A stretch of 61,238 nucleotides of DNA, the filler included, from Circinaria calcarea (taxonomy: Eukaryota), in assembly GCA_051942165.1 (NCBI GenBank). It is 5 parts of 5 records of this genome, joined end to end, with 100 filler letters (N's around TTAATTAATTAA, not from the genome) between each part and the next. Parts side by side here need not be neighbours in the genome. Positions count along the whole stretch, not along the records: positions 12,282 to 24,449 come from JAVECS010000602.1; positions 24,550 to 36,714 come from JAVECS010000603.1; 3 more parts are not named here. One strand, given 5' to 3'. Positions 12,388 through 26,349 of the stretch are shown here, piece by piece. Numbering within the stretch: the stretch's first letter is position 1; each line of letters begins with the position of its first letter. Below the pieces are notes generated by a model. It was not told the DNA's origin. It saw only the letters and a list, made by a program, of their open reading frames with translations, and ran no database searches. Made by a program: the position numbers and the translations under genes.

Positions 12388-15300
12388 TCACAATTCATCC
12401 TTGACCCTCCCCGTGGCAGAAGACACAGCGCTACTCACACTACTCGCCATCTCCTCCATTCCACTCTGCGCCTTCCTGACAGCCTCACTCGCTCCATCCC
12501 CAGCACCCTCCACCATCTCCGCCAATCTGACCCTCGCACTTTCAACCGCGGCACTTAGCCGATTTTGTGCGCTCTCGACGGCTCCTTGCTCCGGTCCATA
12601 AATGGCTGAAGAGACCTTGGCGTGTGCACTAGATAGCGTATCGCCGACGACAGAAGAGGCAGCTGACAAGTTTTCTTGCACCACGGAAGTGGCGGAGGCA
12701 TATGCGTTGCCAACATTACTGGTGATGGCATCAGCCGTAGAGGTAGGAGTCCCGTATATAGCGACGGATATGGCACTTTGAGCTGACGATGCGGCAGCTT
12801 GAATCGAGCTTTGTGCCGCCTCGGCATAATTGGCCTGCGTACCGTAAATGGCTTCGCTGGCTTTTGATTGAACGGAACTGTATGAGCTTGCAGCCGCAGA
12901 GGTAACTTGCTCATACGTTCCCTTGCTAGTTCCGTAAAACTGAATACTCGCGGCTTCTACTGCGGCGTTGACTTGCTCGCTGGCACTATCCAGAATGGAC
13001 TCCAAGGCTGGTGGTGGAGTAAAGATGGTCGAAACAACCGAAGATGCAGAGGCATAGGCATCGCTGGCATAGCTTGACGCAGACGAAGCCATGCTGATAT
13101 GGTAACCAGTGTGATATGCAGAGCTAAGTCTGCTCATGACGCTCTCCGTAAAGTCAGGTTCTTTCCCAACAACAAGCTCGGAGAATAGAGCTTGCACGGC
13201 CGCAAACTGGGCCACAGCAGAATCAGTAGCTTGAGCGGCATATCCACCTGCTTGTGATAAAATAGACTGAGAATATGGTGTAGGAGCACCATAAACTTGC
13301 TCGCTTGCCTTGGAGACTAAAGCCTCCCAATTTTGTGAAGCCTGGCTTGCCACGGACTCTGTCCATGGTGTTTCCGACCCGACAATACTGGTACTTGCAA
13401 TGGATGAAACAGATGCGGCTTTCTCGGAAATCGCAGACGCAATTGATTCGATATTGCCAGTTGGTCTACCATAGATGGCAGTGCTTGCAGCTGACGAGGC
13501 GGACACAAGTGACGCAGACGCTACTGAAAGCGCCGAGCTGTACTGAGATGATGCAGAGTCAAGGAAACTTTGAGCTGGGGATTTGCTGGTCGCTCCGACT
13601 GCAGAGCTAGCTGACCCAAGGATTGTTTGGAGATTTTTAGAAGCTTGGGTAATAGCGTTATTGTATTGATTTTGAGCTGCACTGAGAAGACTCTGATATG
13701 CCGGGGTTGCTGTCCCATAGACAGCATCCGATGCGGCGCTGAAGAGACTTTGATGGACTGGCGTTGGAGTACCATATACAGCCTCTGATGCGGCCGATAT
13801 GAACTGCGAATAACGGTCGTGTGCCATACCGATGCCTTCGTAGTATCGCCTCTGCGCATCCATTATATATTGTTGGTGCACTGGTGTCGGTGTCGCGCCA
13901 ACTGCTGCCTTGGCACTAGAGTACTGAGCAGAGGCCACACTCAAACTATCCGCGAGCCGTGAAGAGGCCACTGATGATATGGATTCCAACACTCCCTGGG
14001 AAGGAGAAGGACCATAAATGACACTGCTAGCGGCGCTTGTAGCAGAGGCATGTTGCAAGCTTGCCGAACTGACCAGATCCGAGTAACGCTGCTTGGCCGC
14101 TGACATGGCTGATTCGTATCCAGAGGCTGAGCTTGGACTGACTGCGCCTTTTGCAGAGTCATACAATATCGAGGCGGACGCCATCGCCTTCGAGTACTTT
14201 TCATTTGCTGCTGCTATGACCGACTGCTGTGGAGTCAACGAGGTACCATACACTCCGGTAGATGCAGCGCTCATGGCCGAGTCCAGTCGTTTACTAGCAG
14301 CTGCGAGTGCTCCAGTGTAGCCTGATTCGATGGATGCAAAAATCTTTTCATGGATAGGCTGAGGACTACCAGACGCTTGTTGGGAAGCAATCGACATGGC
14401 TTGACTATATTGCTGTCGCACTTTACTTGCCGCCTCTGCATATTGGGAACTTGCTTGGGCAGCTAACGATGCTGTAGCAGGGACAGGAGTGCCATACATA
14501 ATGGAGGAGGCACTGTAACCGTGTCAGTTGACGGAATTCTACAAGGGATGAAAGAAACTCACGCAGCAACTGCGGAAGCATACTTCTCCGAAGCTGCACT
14601 CGAAATGCTCGCGCCAGTTCCTTGCTGAGTTCCATACATTACGCTTGATGCAGCATCAAGCGCACTCAAGTACTTATCGCTCGCTATGTAAGTCATACCC
14701 TCGACAGCGCCAGACGTGGATGTCGGCACGAACATGGCCTCGCTCACAGCTCGAGTGACATCAGCATACTTATCTCCTGCCTGGCTAACGATGCTTTGCA
14801 GCTTTTTCGAATAGCTTTCGTCGTCATCCTCATTAATCAGGTCATCAAATATGGGTATCCGTTCTTCGACATCCTGGGCCATAGCACCTCCGAACACCTT
14901 CTTAGAAGCATGGCCGGCAATTGAAGAGGCACCAGCCGTTGCTGAGCTTGCAACGTCGGACGCACTCTCCAGGACAGGGTTGGAAGACTCCGAGAGAGCA
15001 ACAGACATCCCAGAGGATGCCGATTCAATGCTCTTAGATATATCAGAAGCAATCGATTGATGCACTGGAGCAGGTGTACCAATGGCCACCTGACTTCCTT
15101 CCTTTACGAATTGGTCAGCTTTCTTACTAGCCACAGAGTAGACACTCTCGATCCTCGATTGCCTTGTACCAATAACAGCTTCGGTTACTTTCGAAAGCTG
15201 AGAGCTAGCAGAGGAAGCAACACTCTCACCAATTGGCGTCGACGAACCAGATACGGCTTCCGATACTTGGGAAACCAGCGACTCAACGCTGCCCTGGGAT

Positions 15301-17476
15301 GTGCCAACGACATTGCTGCTAGCAGAGTTAAGCTTGTCGTTAACGCTATGAACCGCAGCTACCGCCTTCGCTGGCATGATCTTATTACTGAAGTCATCGG
15401 ATGAGTCTCGTGCATGGACCTTCCAAATCCCAACTCCCTTTAACCTAGCTAATTCCTTTGCAGTATTTTCGGCCACCGTCATGCCATTGGATTCAACTTC
15501 GTCAGCAGCAGCTCTAGCAGTGTGTAAGCCTTCATGATCCTTGGCCACTACTTCGACTTCGATGCGCCATTCGTCGAACGTCTTCTTGAGAGCATGATAC
15601 TTGGACCAGTCTTTGTACGTGACACCTTCCATCCATGCCCATCTCATACCAATTTCTTGCAAGCCAAGATCACGAATATTATCAATTACTTCCAGAGTTG
15701 ATTCCGATGCTGCACGTACTAAAGCCTGAGTTTCTTCGTCGAATTTCTGCCGCCACGACCTTAGTGCCTGAGCCTTGTTTTTCACGTTTAAACCAGTACT
15801 GCGTACTGCCGTAGCTATTTCAGCTTCGCCTTTCTCCAAATCTGCCTGGACAGAGTCCTCCGGAAGGGACTTGACTATTGCATTGACCCTTTCCTTCAAC
15901 TTCGCTAGCTCCGAACGAGATGATTCTTCGAGCTCAATGACCAGCGATTTCCCTACTCCGTGAACTTGACTCTCTATCTGACGATCTGTAATATCTCGGA
16001 TGCGCTCTTCGAGATCTTCGGTGCCTTTCTGGGCAGCTTTGGCAAATTTCTGTTGCCAATTTTCGAGGTCACGGTTGATTTTCTCACGAAGTTGAGAAGC
16101 TTCTTCATCTACAGTAAACGAAGACGAAGTACTAGCCGCGGCTGACGTTGGGGACTCGCTTTGATTATCTTCGGTAGATTGCTGGGTAGAGACAATGCTT
16201 GAAGAGGCGGCTACTATATTTGAGGATATTGAAGATGCATCAATGGAACTATTATATACACTATCAGCCAAATATAACTCACCCAATAACTGAAACTTCG
16301 CTCAATTGCAACACTGGGGATGAACGCGATACTACAAGGGTAATAGCATGAAAGATCAGATGGTACAATCAATTGGGTCTTAGTAGCCTACCGCTAAGCA
16401 CAGTTTCTGCTCTAAGAAATCAAGTAGAAAAGATAAGCTAGAGTAAAGGTAGCTCTCACCTATTAATATCTTCTATGGCAGCTTTAAGTCTTTTACCGTC
16501 GCGATATCTCCCAAGCCGTTCACTAATTCTCACAAGCTGAGGCTCAACGTTTTCACCATAAAGGATCCTAACTTTGGGCCAAAGCGTACGATCAATAAAG
16601 GCCATAGTTGATCCAAAAGCCCACTGCACATATGGAAGGCCTGTGTCTACCGCAACTTGGTGGGTCAAAGCGTACGTTTTCTCCAGAAACGGTCGAGACC
16701 TTGTATATGCAGGGACTAAGTACTGCTTGTAAGCCCATAAAATATTGTTTTGGCTGGCACTGTAGTACGGGGCAGTTGCCATGGATATTCTGGACACTTG
16801 GGGGCCTAGTGATGCATTGTAGTTCTTTTTGACCTGCGCTTGGACGGCATCGATTCGCGGTTTCACAGATTTCTCCCACTGAACCTGTCCGTACTCCCGC
16901 GCTTGGTGGACGCTAGGGGCGCCATATACTTCGTAGGTCCGCTTCCCGAAGTCGACTGTAGGACTATACACATCCTTTTTGATATTGTCCACATATGGCC
17001 GTAGTACATCAACGTATGGTCCAGCGTACTTGTGATAGTATGGTTCGAGGCAAGGGGTAACGTGTGACCGGGCAATCAGGTATGGTTTGCACACTTGGGG
17101 AGATGTTTCGGTAAGATGGGTCAAGGAGGACGGGCACCGAAATGCGGCGGTAAGCACTGTATACCATACGACTAGTCTGAATGGAATCAAATTAGCCAGT
17201 GAATCTCCCTCTTTGGTACCGAGGATAAACGCCTTTGACGTCGACTCACCTAGCAATCAAATGAACAGTTCGGTTTGCCAAGCTGGACTTCCGCCGACTC
17301 GGCTTAAGAGACGCTGCTGCTGGGGTTGTTATATGCCCGTTTGGCTTGCCTTTTGCTGGCTGTGCTGGCCGCCCGTTTGATTGTATTGTGTTTCCATTTG
17401 ACTGGACCGGTTTTCCATTCGTGTGACCCAAATTCCCATTAGACGGCACCGACTTCCCATTCGTCTGGACGCCCAT
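12388..17476 (-). CDS. Large She10-like membrane/ER protein with Ser/Ala-rich repeats and C-terminal KDEL
   Basis: Exons 17476-17250, 17176-16460, 16248-14563, 14512-12388. TM segment RLVVWYTVLTAAFRCP...VCKPY; conserved DLGLQEIGMRWAWMEGVTYKDWSKYHALK; KKVFGGAMAQ; repeated xxYGT units; ends RVKDEL. Confidence 0.8.
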
Positions 17477-18394
17477 GATAGGAACCACGGTTGGAACGTC
17501 CTTCTGGGGGAACGAAGGATGGGAAATATTGATAGCAGGTTCGGAGCTTGAACTGCCGCCGTTTGGACCACGCGTAGGACGTGCTTACCTACGCGGAGAG
17601 ATTGGCAATCGAGAGATCTGGCAGACCAGGGACCTGGCAATAGACTCTCCGTACAAGTCCTGATAATGAAGGACTGTGGCGTACTTACTCAGGTAGTAGT
17701 GAGCATCATGAGAAAGGACGGGATGGACGAGTGGATGGGCGGGCAATTTACATATGCCAAGCCAAGAAAGCCTGGAAACAAAGCGACCGTTGGCCGGTCC
17801 AGGATTTTATGTTGGAAGATCCAGATCTCCCCCTTTTCTACACCCCCTACGCACTTGATCTATCACAGTCAGTCTATAGTAGTACTATCTAAGAGATACA
17901 GGTCCTTTCTACGGGTATCACCTGTCATCACAGAAAAGGCCCCCCACTGTAGAGAAGAGAAGATCCCGCGGACTCGAGCGTGTTGGGAAGGCACGCGATC
18001 CTTTGCCCGACAGCCCCCAGCATATCCCTGCCTCTCATGATTACCTAATTATCCCCGGCGTCATTGGGTGAAGCTTAGTTATCCATCGGTGTCGACAGAC
18101 GAAACGGCCGCCACTGAATTTAATTGTGCCGTCGGACTGCTCTGACGGGTCATGCCAGCGACTGACAGGTAGCCATCTTCATGTGTGTTCCAAGTGATGG
18201 GAGTTGCCTCCCCATTCTCAAGCACAAGCAGTCCTCTCCAATACCACCCACCGACTAAGGTACCCGACCTCAGGCACTTTCAACAGTTACCAGTCTTCCT
18301 TTCGACCTTTCGACACTGCCTTTCTTTCCTTCACTGTTCACAGACTGTCGGGTAAACTCCACCGCTGGACCTGGGAGCGTCAAACGCGGCTGAG

Positions 18395-21300
18395 ATGGAG
18401 GATCTACCGGAGCTTCCGGTCGAGCCAGATGTGATGAATGATCCAACATACGAGACAAATACGAAGGGCAAGGGGAAAAGCGTGGGTGAGCCAGATACGT
18501 GCAGGATATGTCGAGGGGAAGGCTCGAAGGAGGAGCCTTTGTTTTACCCGTGTAAATGCAGTGGGAGCATCAAGTTTGTCCATCAAAGCTGTCTGATGGA
18601 GTGGCTCTCGCATTCACAGAAGAAATACTGTGAACTCTGCAAGACCTCGTTTCGCTTTACCAAACTTTACCACCCTCAAATGCCGGAAACGGTCCCGCTA
18701 CCCGTCTTCCTTCATCAGGCCATGGCTCACACCATAAAGAGCCTCATGACATGGACACGTTGGCAGCTGGTCATTTTGGTTTGGCTGGGCTGGGTACCGT
18801 GGTGTATGCGAACGGTTTGGCGGGGTCTCTTCTGGATTGGGGATGGTGGTTGGGTCAGTTGGGAGGAGATTGAAGAGAAGAATTCATTGTTAGCTGGTCG
18901 GAAGCAGTTGAGTCTGCTTAGTCCACCAGGATCCGCGCCTCTTGGCCACGAGGGGCTCCTATCAAAAGCCGCTGTTCCTCCGGATATCTTCTCAAAGGTG
19001 ACCTACTCCTTTACACCCCTGTGGCCGCCGTTTTCGCAAACTTTTAACTTCACCGCCGGTGAGCCAAAGTTATTCAGGTTCGCGAAACGCATCATCCAGG
19101 GTCTTATGCACTACAATTCGGTTGACCTTAGAACGGGAGGCAGTCTGTTATCAAACGATACTGCGACGCCGGGCTCATCCCAGAGGTCACCGTCATGGCT
19201 ATCGGATTTAGGGTTCCTGCGCTCGCTAACCCCATGGACATTTTTCAATAACCTGATCATTGATATCCTCGAAGGACAGCTGATCACTCTCTCTGTGTGC
19301 GTTGTTTTTATACTTATCTTCTTGATTAGAGAATGGGTTGTACAGCAGCAGCCAGGTATCAACATGGGGGTTGCGGCCAATGCAGCAGCGGAAAGGAACA
19401 GACAAGCAGAACGCCAGATCCAGGTACTACGAGAAATGCGTCTGCGAGAAGATCAACAGCAGATAGCCAATCACGCAATCCCACCTGTGGACTTGGATGA
19501 TGGGCCTGGAAATCAGCAGGCACCTGAAGCTCTGATGGATCAAGAGAGCCCAGCAACGGCGCTCTCCAATGGACAGCTAGGAGTCCAGACACTGGAACAT
19601 CAAACGAATGGCGGCCAAATTGGTGACTTGAACACAAATAGAGCATTCGCGGCCGAGGTCGGTTCCAACGATTCCATATCTGGCACTTTTAATGTTTCGG
19701 ATCATGGATCAATGTACAGTCCGTCCGAACCTGAATCTCCAAACACCAATCAGCGGCCAAGTATGCCTACCAAGATTACTCTAGCAAGAGCAACAGAGAT
19801 TCGGCGTACTTTAGAGGAGCAGCCGGGGGCCTTGAAACGGGATTGGCCAGGTCTCGATGTATTCATGGACCTGTGGAAGCGTGCGGATAGCAACCCGGTA
19901 GAAGTTCTAAGGATTATTCAAGAGGAGGATCGCGAGGAGGAGCTGAGCTGGGTTGTCTCAGCAATGAAAAGATTGGAGAGCGCTGCCACCGAGGATAGCG
20001 ATGCTGGTAACACAATGTATCCCAAAGCTCCTGTTACCGAGTTAGAGGAAGGCCCGTCCAATGATCCACACATTGACGCAAGTAACGAAAGCTGGAAGGA
20101 AGTCGGCGGTTCCATCGACCGTTCACAACTTGAACGCTTCGCAGACGAGCAAGAGACTCTGTTAAGTGGGACTACGCCCGAAGAGAATTACATACTTAAA
20201 CCCGAGGGCATCACAAGATCCACTAGCATCGTTCGAACGGAAGAGGAACCTGCACCCACACATGGTTCAGTATATGGAAAGGGGGCATCTTCGAATCTAG
20301 ATTTAGGCGACCTACCTTCACCGCGCAATGAATCTAATAGTAGAGATGACCTTGGCAGTTCATCTAATGGTCGTCGCCAACAACAGTCAACCACTGGGCT
20401 GAGGATGGAGAGGGGGGGACGAGCTATAAAGCCAGAAGACCCTGAAGTTGGCAGTACTGATTCTGCTATTCAGGATATTGATACCACCGCAAATTCGGAT
20501 GTATCTGTCCAAGCTCTTCCACCGGGAGACTCAGCTGCAGAGACTTTAAACCCACCAGATCCACCAAATGCAACAAACCCTCCGCAGGATGTTGGTGAGA
20601 ATATAGTAGAGTGGCTGTGGGGAGGAGTACCTGAAGCTGCAGAACAAACCGAGGAGCCCGGAGATGACGATGAACAAGTAGTCGAGAACGTCGCCAACGA
20701 AGCCCCGTTCGTACCGGTAGCGAATGGGCAGCTTATGATCGAGGATGATCATGATGCGCATAACGTACCCCAAGACCCCGAGATTGCGGGAGCTGCTGGC
20801 GAGGCTGGGCTCAACCCCAATAATGCTGAGGTCGTCGAAGACGGTGAAGACCTTGAGGGAATTATGGAACTTATCGGAATGCAAGGTCCCTTGGCTGGTC
20901 TCGTACAGAATGGCATGTTTAGTGCTGTCCTCATCTCCATGACGGTATTCTTTGGGATATGGGTACCCTATATCGCAGGCAAGTTGGTTCTTGTCCTGCT
21001 GGCCAATCCGGTGTCACTACTTATCAAATTCCCACTTCGGTGGGCATCTACGATTGCGGACATGTTTATCGACACCTGTGTTTTCGTGGCCGCATGTGCG
21101 TTTTACTGGGTAGACAGACTCATGCACTTGTCCTGTGTGCCTATTGGCTGGGTCGTCCCTTTTATCGCCAAGTTGAACCAGGATAAATTATTGGCAGAAA
21201 CAGCAAGGAGCTATGCACAGAATGCCCTCGAGCGACTTGCGAAGCTGTTTATAGCAAGTGGTGATAGGATTTCAGACTCCGACATTCCGGTGTTCTCTAT

Positions 21301-23659
21301 CATTGCTCATGAAAGTCTGCGATCGATCGAGCAGCGAATAACCCAAATTGCAAGAGCGGTCATGGATCTTGTGGTTGGTCTTACATCAGAGGATTTTGAT
21401 ATTACTCTAGCCTGCTCCCATACCTTGAACACCGTCATGACCGGCTTTAAGGATGTTGCCGATGCCTTCGCCTCGACCATCAAGCAAGCAATGGCGCTGA
21501 CGCCCTCTATTCTTCGGGTCAACCCTTTACGTATTAGTCTTGATATACCTCATCGACAGCATCCTCTGGATTACAGCTTGGCGCAATGGAACACGAAAGA
21601 TCGAGCTATTGCGATTGCTCTAGGTTATTTATCCTTTTGCGTTGGAGGAGCTGTTTATCTCAAGATCAAAGCTGCCTTTCGGGAAAATCGCAACGGCGAT
21701 AAACCAGAAGGCGCCGTTGCCGACATCATAATTCAAGCCGGCGGGGTGATGAAGGTAATCCTCATTATCAGTATCGAGATGATTGTGTTTCCACTCTATT
21801 GCGGAGTGCTGCTCGATGTGGCTCTACTGCCGCTCTTCGAAAATGCCACAGCCTTGTCAAGGTTGCAGTTTACTATCCATTCTCTGGCTACGTCCCTATT
21901 CGTCCATTGGTTCGTTGGTACCTGCTACATGTTTCACTTTGCATTATTCGTTGCCATGTGCCGGAAGATCATGCGTAGTGGAGTTCTTTGTAAGTCTGTC
22001 ATGGAAGGCTCATCTAGTTATATGCTAATCTAGTTGGCAGATTTTATTCGAGATCCCGACGATCCCACCTTTCATCCTGTGCGCGACGTCCTCGAACGTA
22101 ATGTTACAACCCAACTCCGAAAGATTGCATTCAGTGCATTAGTCTATGGCGCCTTGGTGATTGTCTGCCTTGGTAGCGTCGTATGGGGCCTGTCTTATGC
22201 ATTTGAAGGCATCTTCCCTATCCATTGGTCATCAAATGAACCAGTTTTGGAGTTCCCGGTGGATTTGCTGTTTTATAACTTTCTCATGCCCCTGGCAGTC
22301 AAATTTTTCCGGCCCTCAAAGGGTTTGAGCAAGTTGTACAGCTGGTGGTTCAGGAAATGTGCCAGGATGCTACGCTTGACAGAATTCCTTTTCGGAGAAA
22401 GGAAGGAAGACGAAGAAGGCCACTATGTCAACCCGTCTTGGTGGAGCCTCCCCGTAGGTCTAGAAGGAAGTCATGAAATATCAGGATCCAACAGCAATCA
22501 GGAAACCATTACAGCAGGTAAAGGTATAGAAGCGCAGTTCGTGAGGGATGGTCAGTACGTTCGAGCTCCATCCTCGGACCAGGTGCGCATCCCCAAGGGC
22601 AAGCGCACATTTGTGGAGGTTGACGAGGACGGAAAACGAATGGATGGTCTCCCAGAGGAAGAGGACGAACATGAGCTACACGGCCGTCAAAATAAAATGT
22701 TCTCGAAGGTCTACATTCCACCTTACTTTCGTTTCCGTATTTTCTCCTTTATCCTTTTCATCTGGCTCTTCGCCGCTATTACAGGGGTGGGAATGACCAT
22801 TATTCCGTTAGTGTTTGGCCGCTACGTCTTCGCGCACCTCATTCCGAATCACCTCCGCATGAACGACATCTACGCTTTCTCGATAGGCTTCTACCTCCTT
22901 GGTGGGCCCCTCTATCTCATCTTCCGGTACCGCAGCACCCTTGGCAACCTTGTGCGCAGTCTCCACTCTTCAACTCTACCTCTCAACTCAAGTCTTGCCG
23001 TCTCTCCCACTAATATTCTCCGTCATCTCTTTACATACTCCTTGTACTCCTTGCGCCTTGTGTACTTTTATACCAGTTTTTCCCTTCTACTACCGTCCCT
23101 CTTCACCTTCATCATGGAACTTTACTTGATTATACCCCTACACACCTACTTTTCGTCTTCTCCTAGTAACAACACCACTGAGCGTCATACCATCCACTTC
23201 ATACAAGATTGGACCCTCGGCGTCCTCTACATAAAAATGGCCAGTCGAATCATCCTCTGGCACTCGAACTCGAGGCCAGCTCGGGCCCTTCGCGCTCTTG
23301 TCGCTCCACCTCACGGCTGGTTGGACCCGGACGTTCGCCTTGCGACGCGTGCCTTTATCTTTCCAGCTACAACCCTGATGCTTCTAGCCTTGAGTGCTCC
23401 CTTGGGATTGGGTTGGATAGTAAATCTAACTTTGTTGACTCATGATGGGGATTTGGGTAGAATGATCGTGTATCGATATAGCTATCCTGCTGTGTTGGCG
23501 ACAGGCCTTGGCATCATGTTTGGCATAAGAACCGGGAAGGCGGTGAAAAAGTGGAGATTAAGAGTCAGGGATGAGGTTTACCTGATAGGCGAGAGACTGC
23601 ATAATTTTGGGGAGAGAAGAGGTAGGGTCGGTGGGGGCAGCAGGATGAGGACCGGATGA
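18395..23659 (+). CDS. DOA10: ERAD E3 ubiquitin ligase Doa10/MARCH6
   Basis: RINGv domain CRICRGEG...PCKCSGSIKFVHQSCLMEWL...CELCK; TD-domain EMIVFPLYCG, HWFVGTCYMFHFA, YFIRDPDDPTFHP; one intron 21990-22040. Confidence 0.96.
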
Positions 23660-24402
23660 CAAGTTTCTTGTTGAAGGATCTGTTCTGTTTGCGGGGTTTG
23701 GGACGAGCGGCTATTTCCTGTGGAAGGTGGGCTGCTAATGTATTTCTATACAGGTGATGCCATCACCATGCGCCTTTCAAGCCGCCCCAAAAGTCTGGGC
23801 GATGTCGTGGCGCGCTTATACTGCCAATTACGCCCACGTCCACATGAAACGTCCGTAGTCGGTATTTGCGATGTTTTTGATAAGGTCATAAACCTTAATT
23901 CCATGCGCGCAAACGTGGGACAATTTCCTTGAATACGGTTTGTTTGGAGATGATAAAGGGGACTGATTTGCAACCAACACCTGTCGAGTTCAACTTCAGT
24001 TCTTACATCACCTGTTATTTCACCCACCGAATTTCTCGCCCTGCTCAATCATTTCTCACCTTTTGCGAAAAGAGTCATCCAATGTACTTTTGAATTAGCT
24101 GATGTTTTTTGAGATTCGATATGCTACCTTCCTTTTATCAACTATTCAGCGGCATGCTTTTGGTCCATTTTTTCACTGCTCTTAGTTCAGCATACCCATT
24201 TCCCACCCCCGGATCTCGGATTCCTCAAATACGAGCAGTCTGCGCCAACGCCCCATCAGTCATTGCTGGGACGTAAGTGAATCCACCATCAACCTCCCTC
24301 GCCGCCTCCCCCCTTCCCCACTGATGGGTCCTTTCGAGAGCTCCGACCCAAACGGCTAACATCTTTCATTTTGCCTCCTCCACAGCTTCTACAACTTCCC
24401 AC

Positions 24403-24436
24403 CTTCCTCTTCCTCTTCCTCTTCCTCTTCCTCTTC
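24403..24436 (+). repeat. (CTTCCT)n microsatellite at contig end
   Basis: About 6 tandem copies immediately before the linker. Confidence 0.8.
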
Positions 24437-24449
24437 CAAACCCCCTCAC

Positions 24450-24549
24450 NNNNNNNNNNNNNNNNNNNNNNNNNNNNNNNNNNNNNNNNNNNNTTAATTA
24501 ATTAANNNNNNNNNNNNNNNNNNNNNNNNNNNNNNNNNNNNNNNNNNNN
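24450..24549. other. Artificial contig linker
   Basis: N44-TTAATTAATTAA-N44. Confidence 0.97.
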
Positions 24550-26349
24550 CTCCCTCTCCCCCTCCTCCTCCTCTTTCCTTGGCAGTCCCCCTTGGTTTTG
24601 GCACCATCTGCACCAGCGCCCCTTTGCAACTCCCACATCTATGCCTCCCCGGCTCGATGCTCTTCGAATGCCGTTTGTACTCCATGCCGCACCCCTCGCA
24701 CGCCCAGATATACTTGTACTCGATCGCGTAGCTGTGTTTCGTCGTGACCAGCACGTTGCAATGCGCGAACGCGGTGCTGACTTTTCGCGCCCAGGACTTG
24801 AAACTGGCGCCGTGCGGGGCGGTGGTGCAGTGCGATAGCATAAAGTTTGCGAGATGGCAGTATTCGTGCGCGAGGACGTTGAGGAGGCGGTCCGAGTCAT
24901 CGATGACTTTTTCCGCGAGCTCGATGGAGGCGTGGTGGCGGTATGTTACTTTTGTTGTTGCGGATAAGGCGGCGACGCCGGGGTCGACGGAGGTTTCAGA
25001 ACGGATCGCTTCTCGTTTCCAGTTTGCGCGGCCGGCGGTGGAGGAGAGCTTTTTGGACCAAAGGATGTGGATGCCGCCAGTGGAGGAGGCGAGGTCGGAC
25101 ACTCGGGAATTAGCGATGGTTCGGTCGAGTTCTTGGAGGAAGGAGATGGCGAGGGAGTGTTTTTGTTCGTTGAAGAGTCTCTTCGCGGCGATGGCCTGCT
25201 TGTCTTTTCTTGCGGGGGTTTTAAAGGGACTTTTGCGGGGGGAAGTGGAAGGGGAATCGTCGGCTGAGTCGTCCTCGTTGAGGGAAATTGGACGTCTGGA
25301 TCGTGGGGTCTTCCGGGGAGAGTACTGGTCGTTCCAGTCGTTGATAACATCTTGACTCCAGAAGGCGTCTATACTGGGTCTATGAGGGGACGGGGGTATC
25401 CTCTGCGATTTGGAGGGAGATTGCAGCTTTGGTTTCGAGGGACTTTGGGGTGGAGTAACAAAACGAACCTCTTCGGCATACTTTTTGGGTGACATTGACC
25501 TCGGTGGAGAACTATGCGTTTATTAGATACCAAGCATGGATCATAGCAAAAGATGTCCACATACAACCTGAGATTTGCATCTCCATCCTCATAAAATAGA
25601 TCTTTGATTCCTTGGGATTCGATTCTCACTGATCTTTCTGTTAAGAGGAGTTCACCACCTGATACTACTCCGGACTCTTTCAAAGGTGACGTTAGATCAA
25701 TCAGTGTGGGTGGCTGTTCTGATCTGGAGAGAAGAGGCTTAGCGTTAGAGCCCCTATATTTCGGTTTCTTTGAGTTCTTCTTCGGCGATCGCCTACGGTC
25801 TTTCCCTACAGGTCGTAGGACGCTTGTATCTAACTCGCTATCGGAGTCATCTACTATGAAATCTGAGAGACTCTCGTAAAAATCTTCTTGTTCGTTGGAT
25901 TGCAGGGCGTCCGGCAAGTCAGACAAAATGGGGGCGTAGTTCACCTGGTATGTCGATACTTTTTTGGGTGATATCCTTCCGGAAGAGTTGATGTCATCCC
26001 GAATAGGAAGCTTAGGTATAACTTCTTTCGTTTGAATGGGGTTCGCTGATAGTGGAAGTAACAAAGAATCGGCCTGGGCAAGCCGCATCGACCTTTGCTT
26101 TCTGGCCTGCTTTTTCTCCGAAGAAGCCTTTTTGACCTTGACGGGCAAGTCATCCTTTGGTTGCGCCATTTTCACCAGACCAACTTTAGATTCTTCAGTC
26201 GATGCACTGGTTTCTTGCTCTTTTTTGGTCCTTTTATTGGCATCATGGTTTATCAATGGCTTCCTCTGGTCATGGATTGCTGGGTATAATATGGTAGAAA
26301 TGTCTGGCAAGTCGTCTTCACTCTCACTGATTTCATGGAGCCTAGCCAT
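24550..26349 (-). CDS. SprT-like metalloprotease of GCNA/ACRC type (3'-truncated)
   Basis: Disordered acidic, SP-rich N-terminus; intron 25564-25512; WSKKLSSTAGRA, IELAEKVIDD, AHEYCH (HExxH), HG..FK.W, HSYAIEYKYIWAC..C..EYKRHSKSI...C..C. Confidence 0.88.

Noticed and set aside
24744..25355. Long antisense or alternative-frame ORFs over the SprT, DOA10, She10-like and ACO1 genes
   Set aside because: Shadow ORFs of real coding sequence with no independent support.
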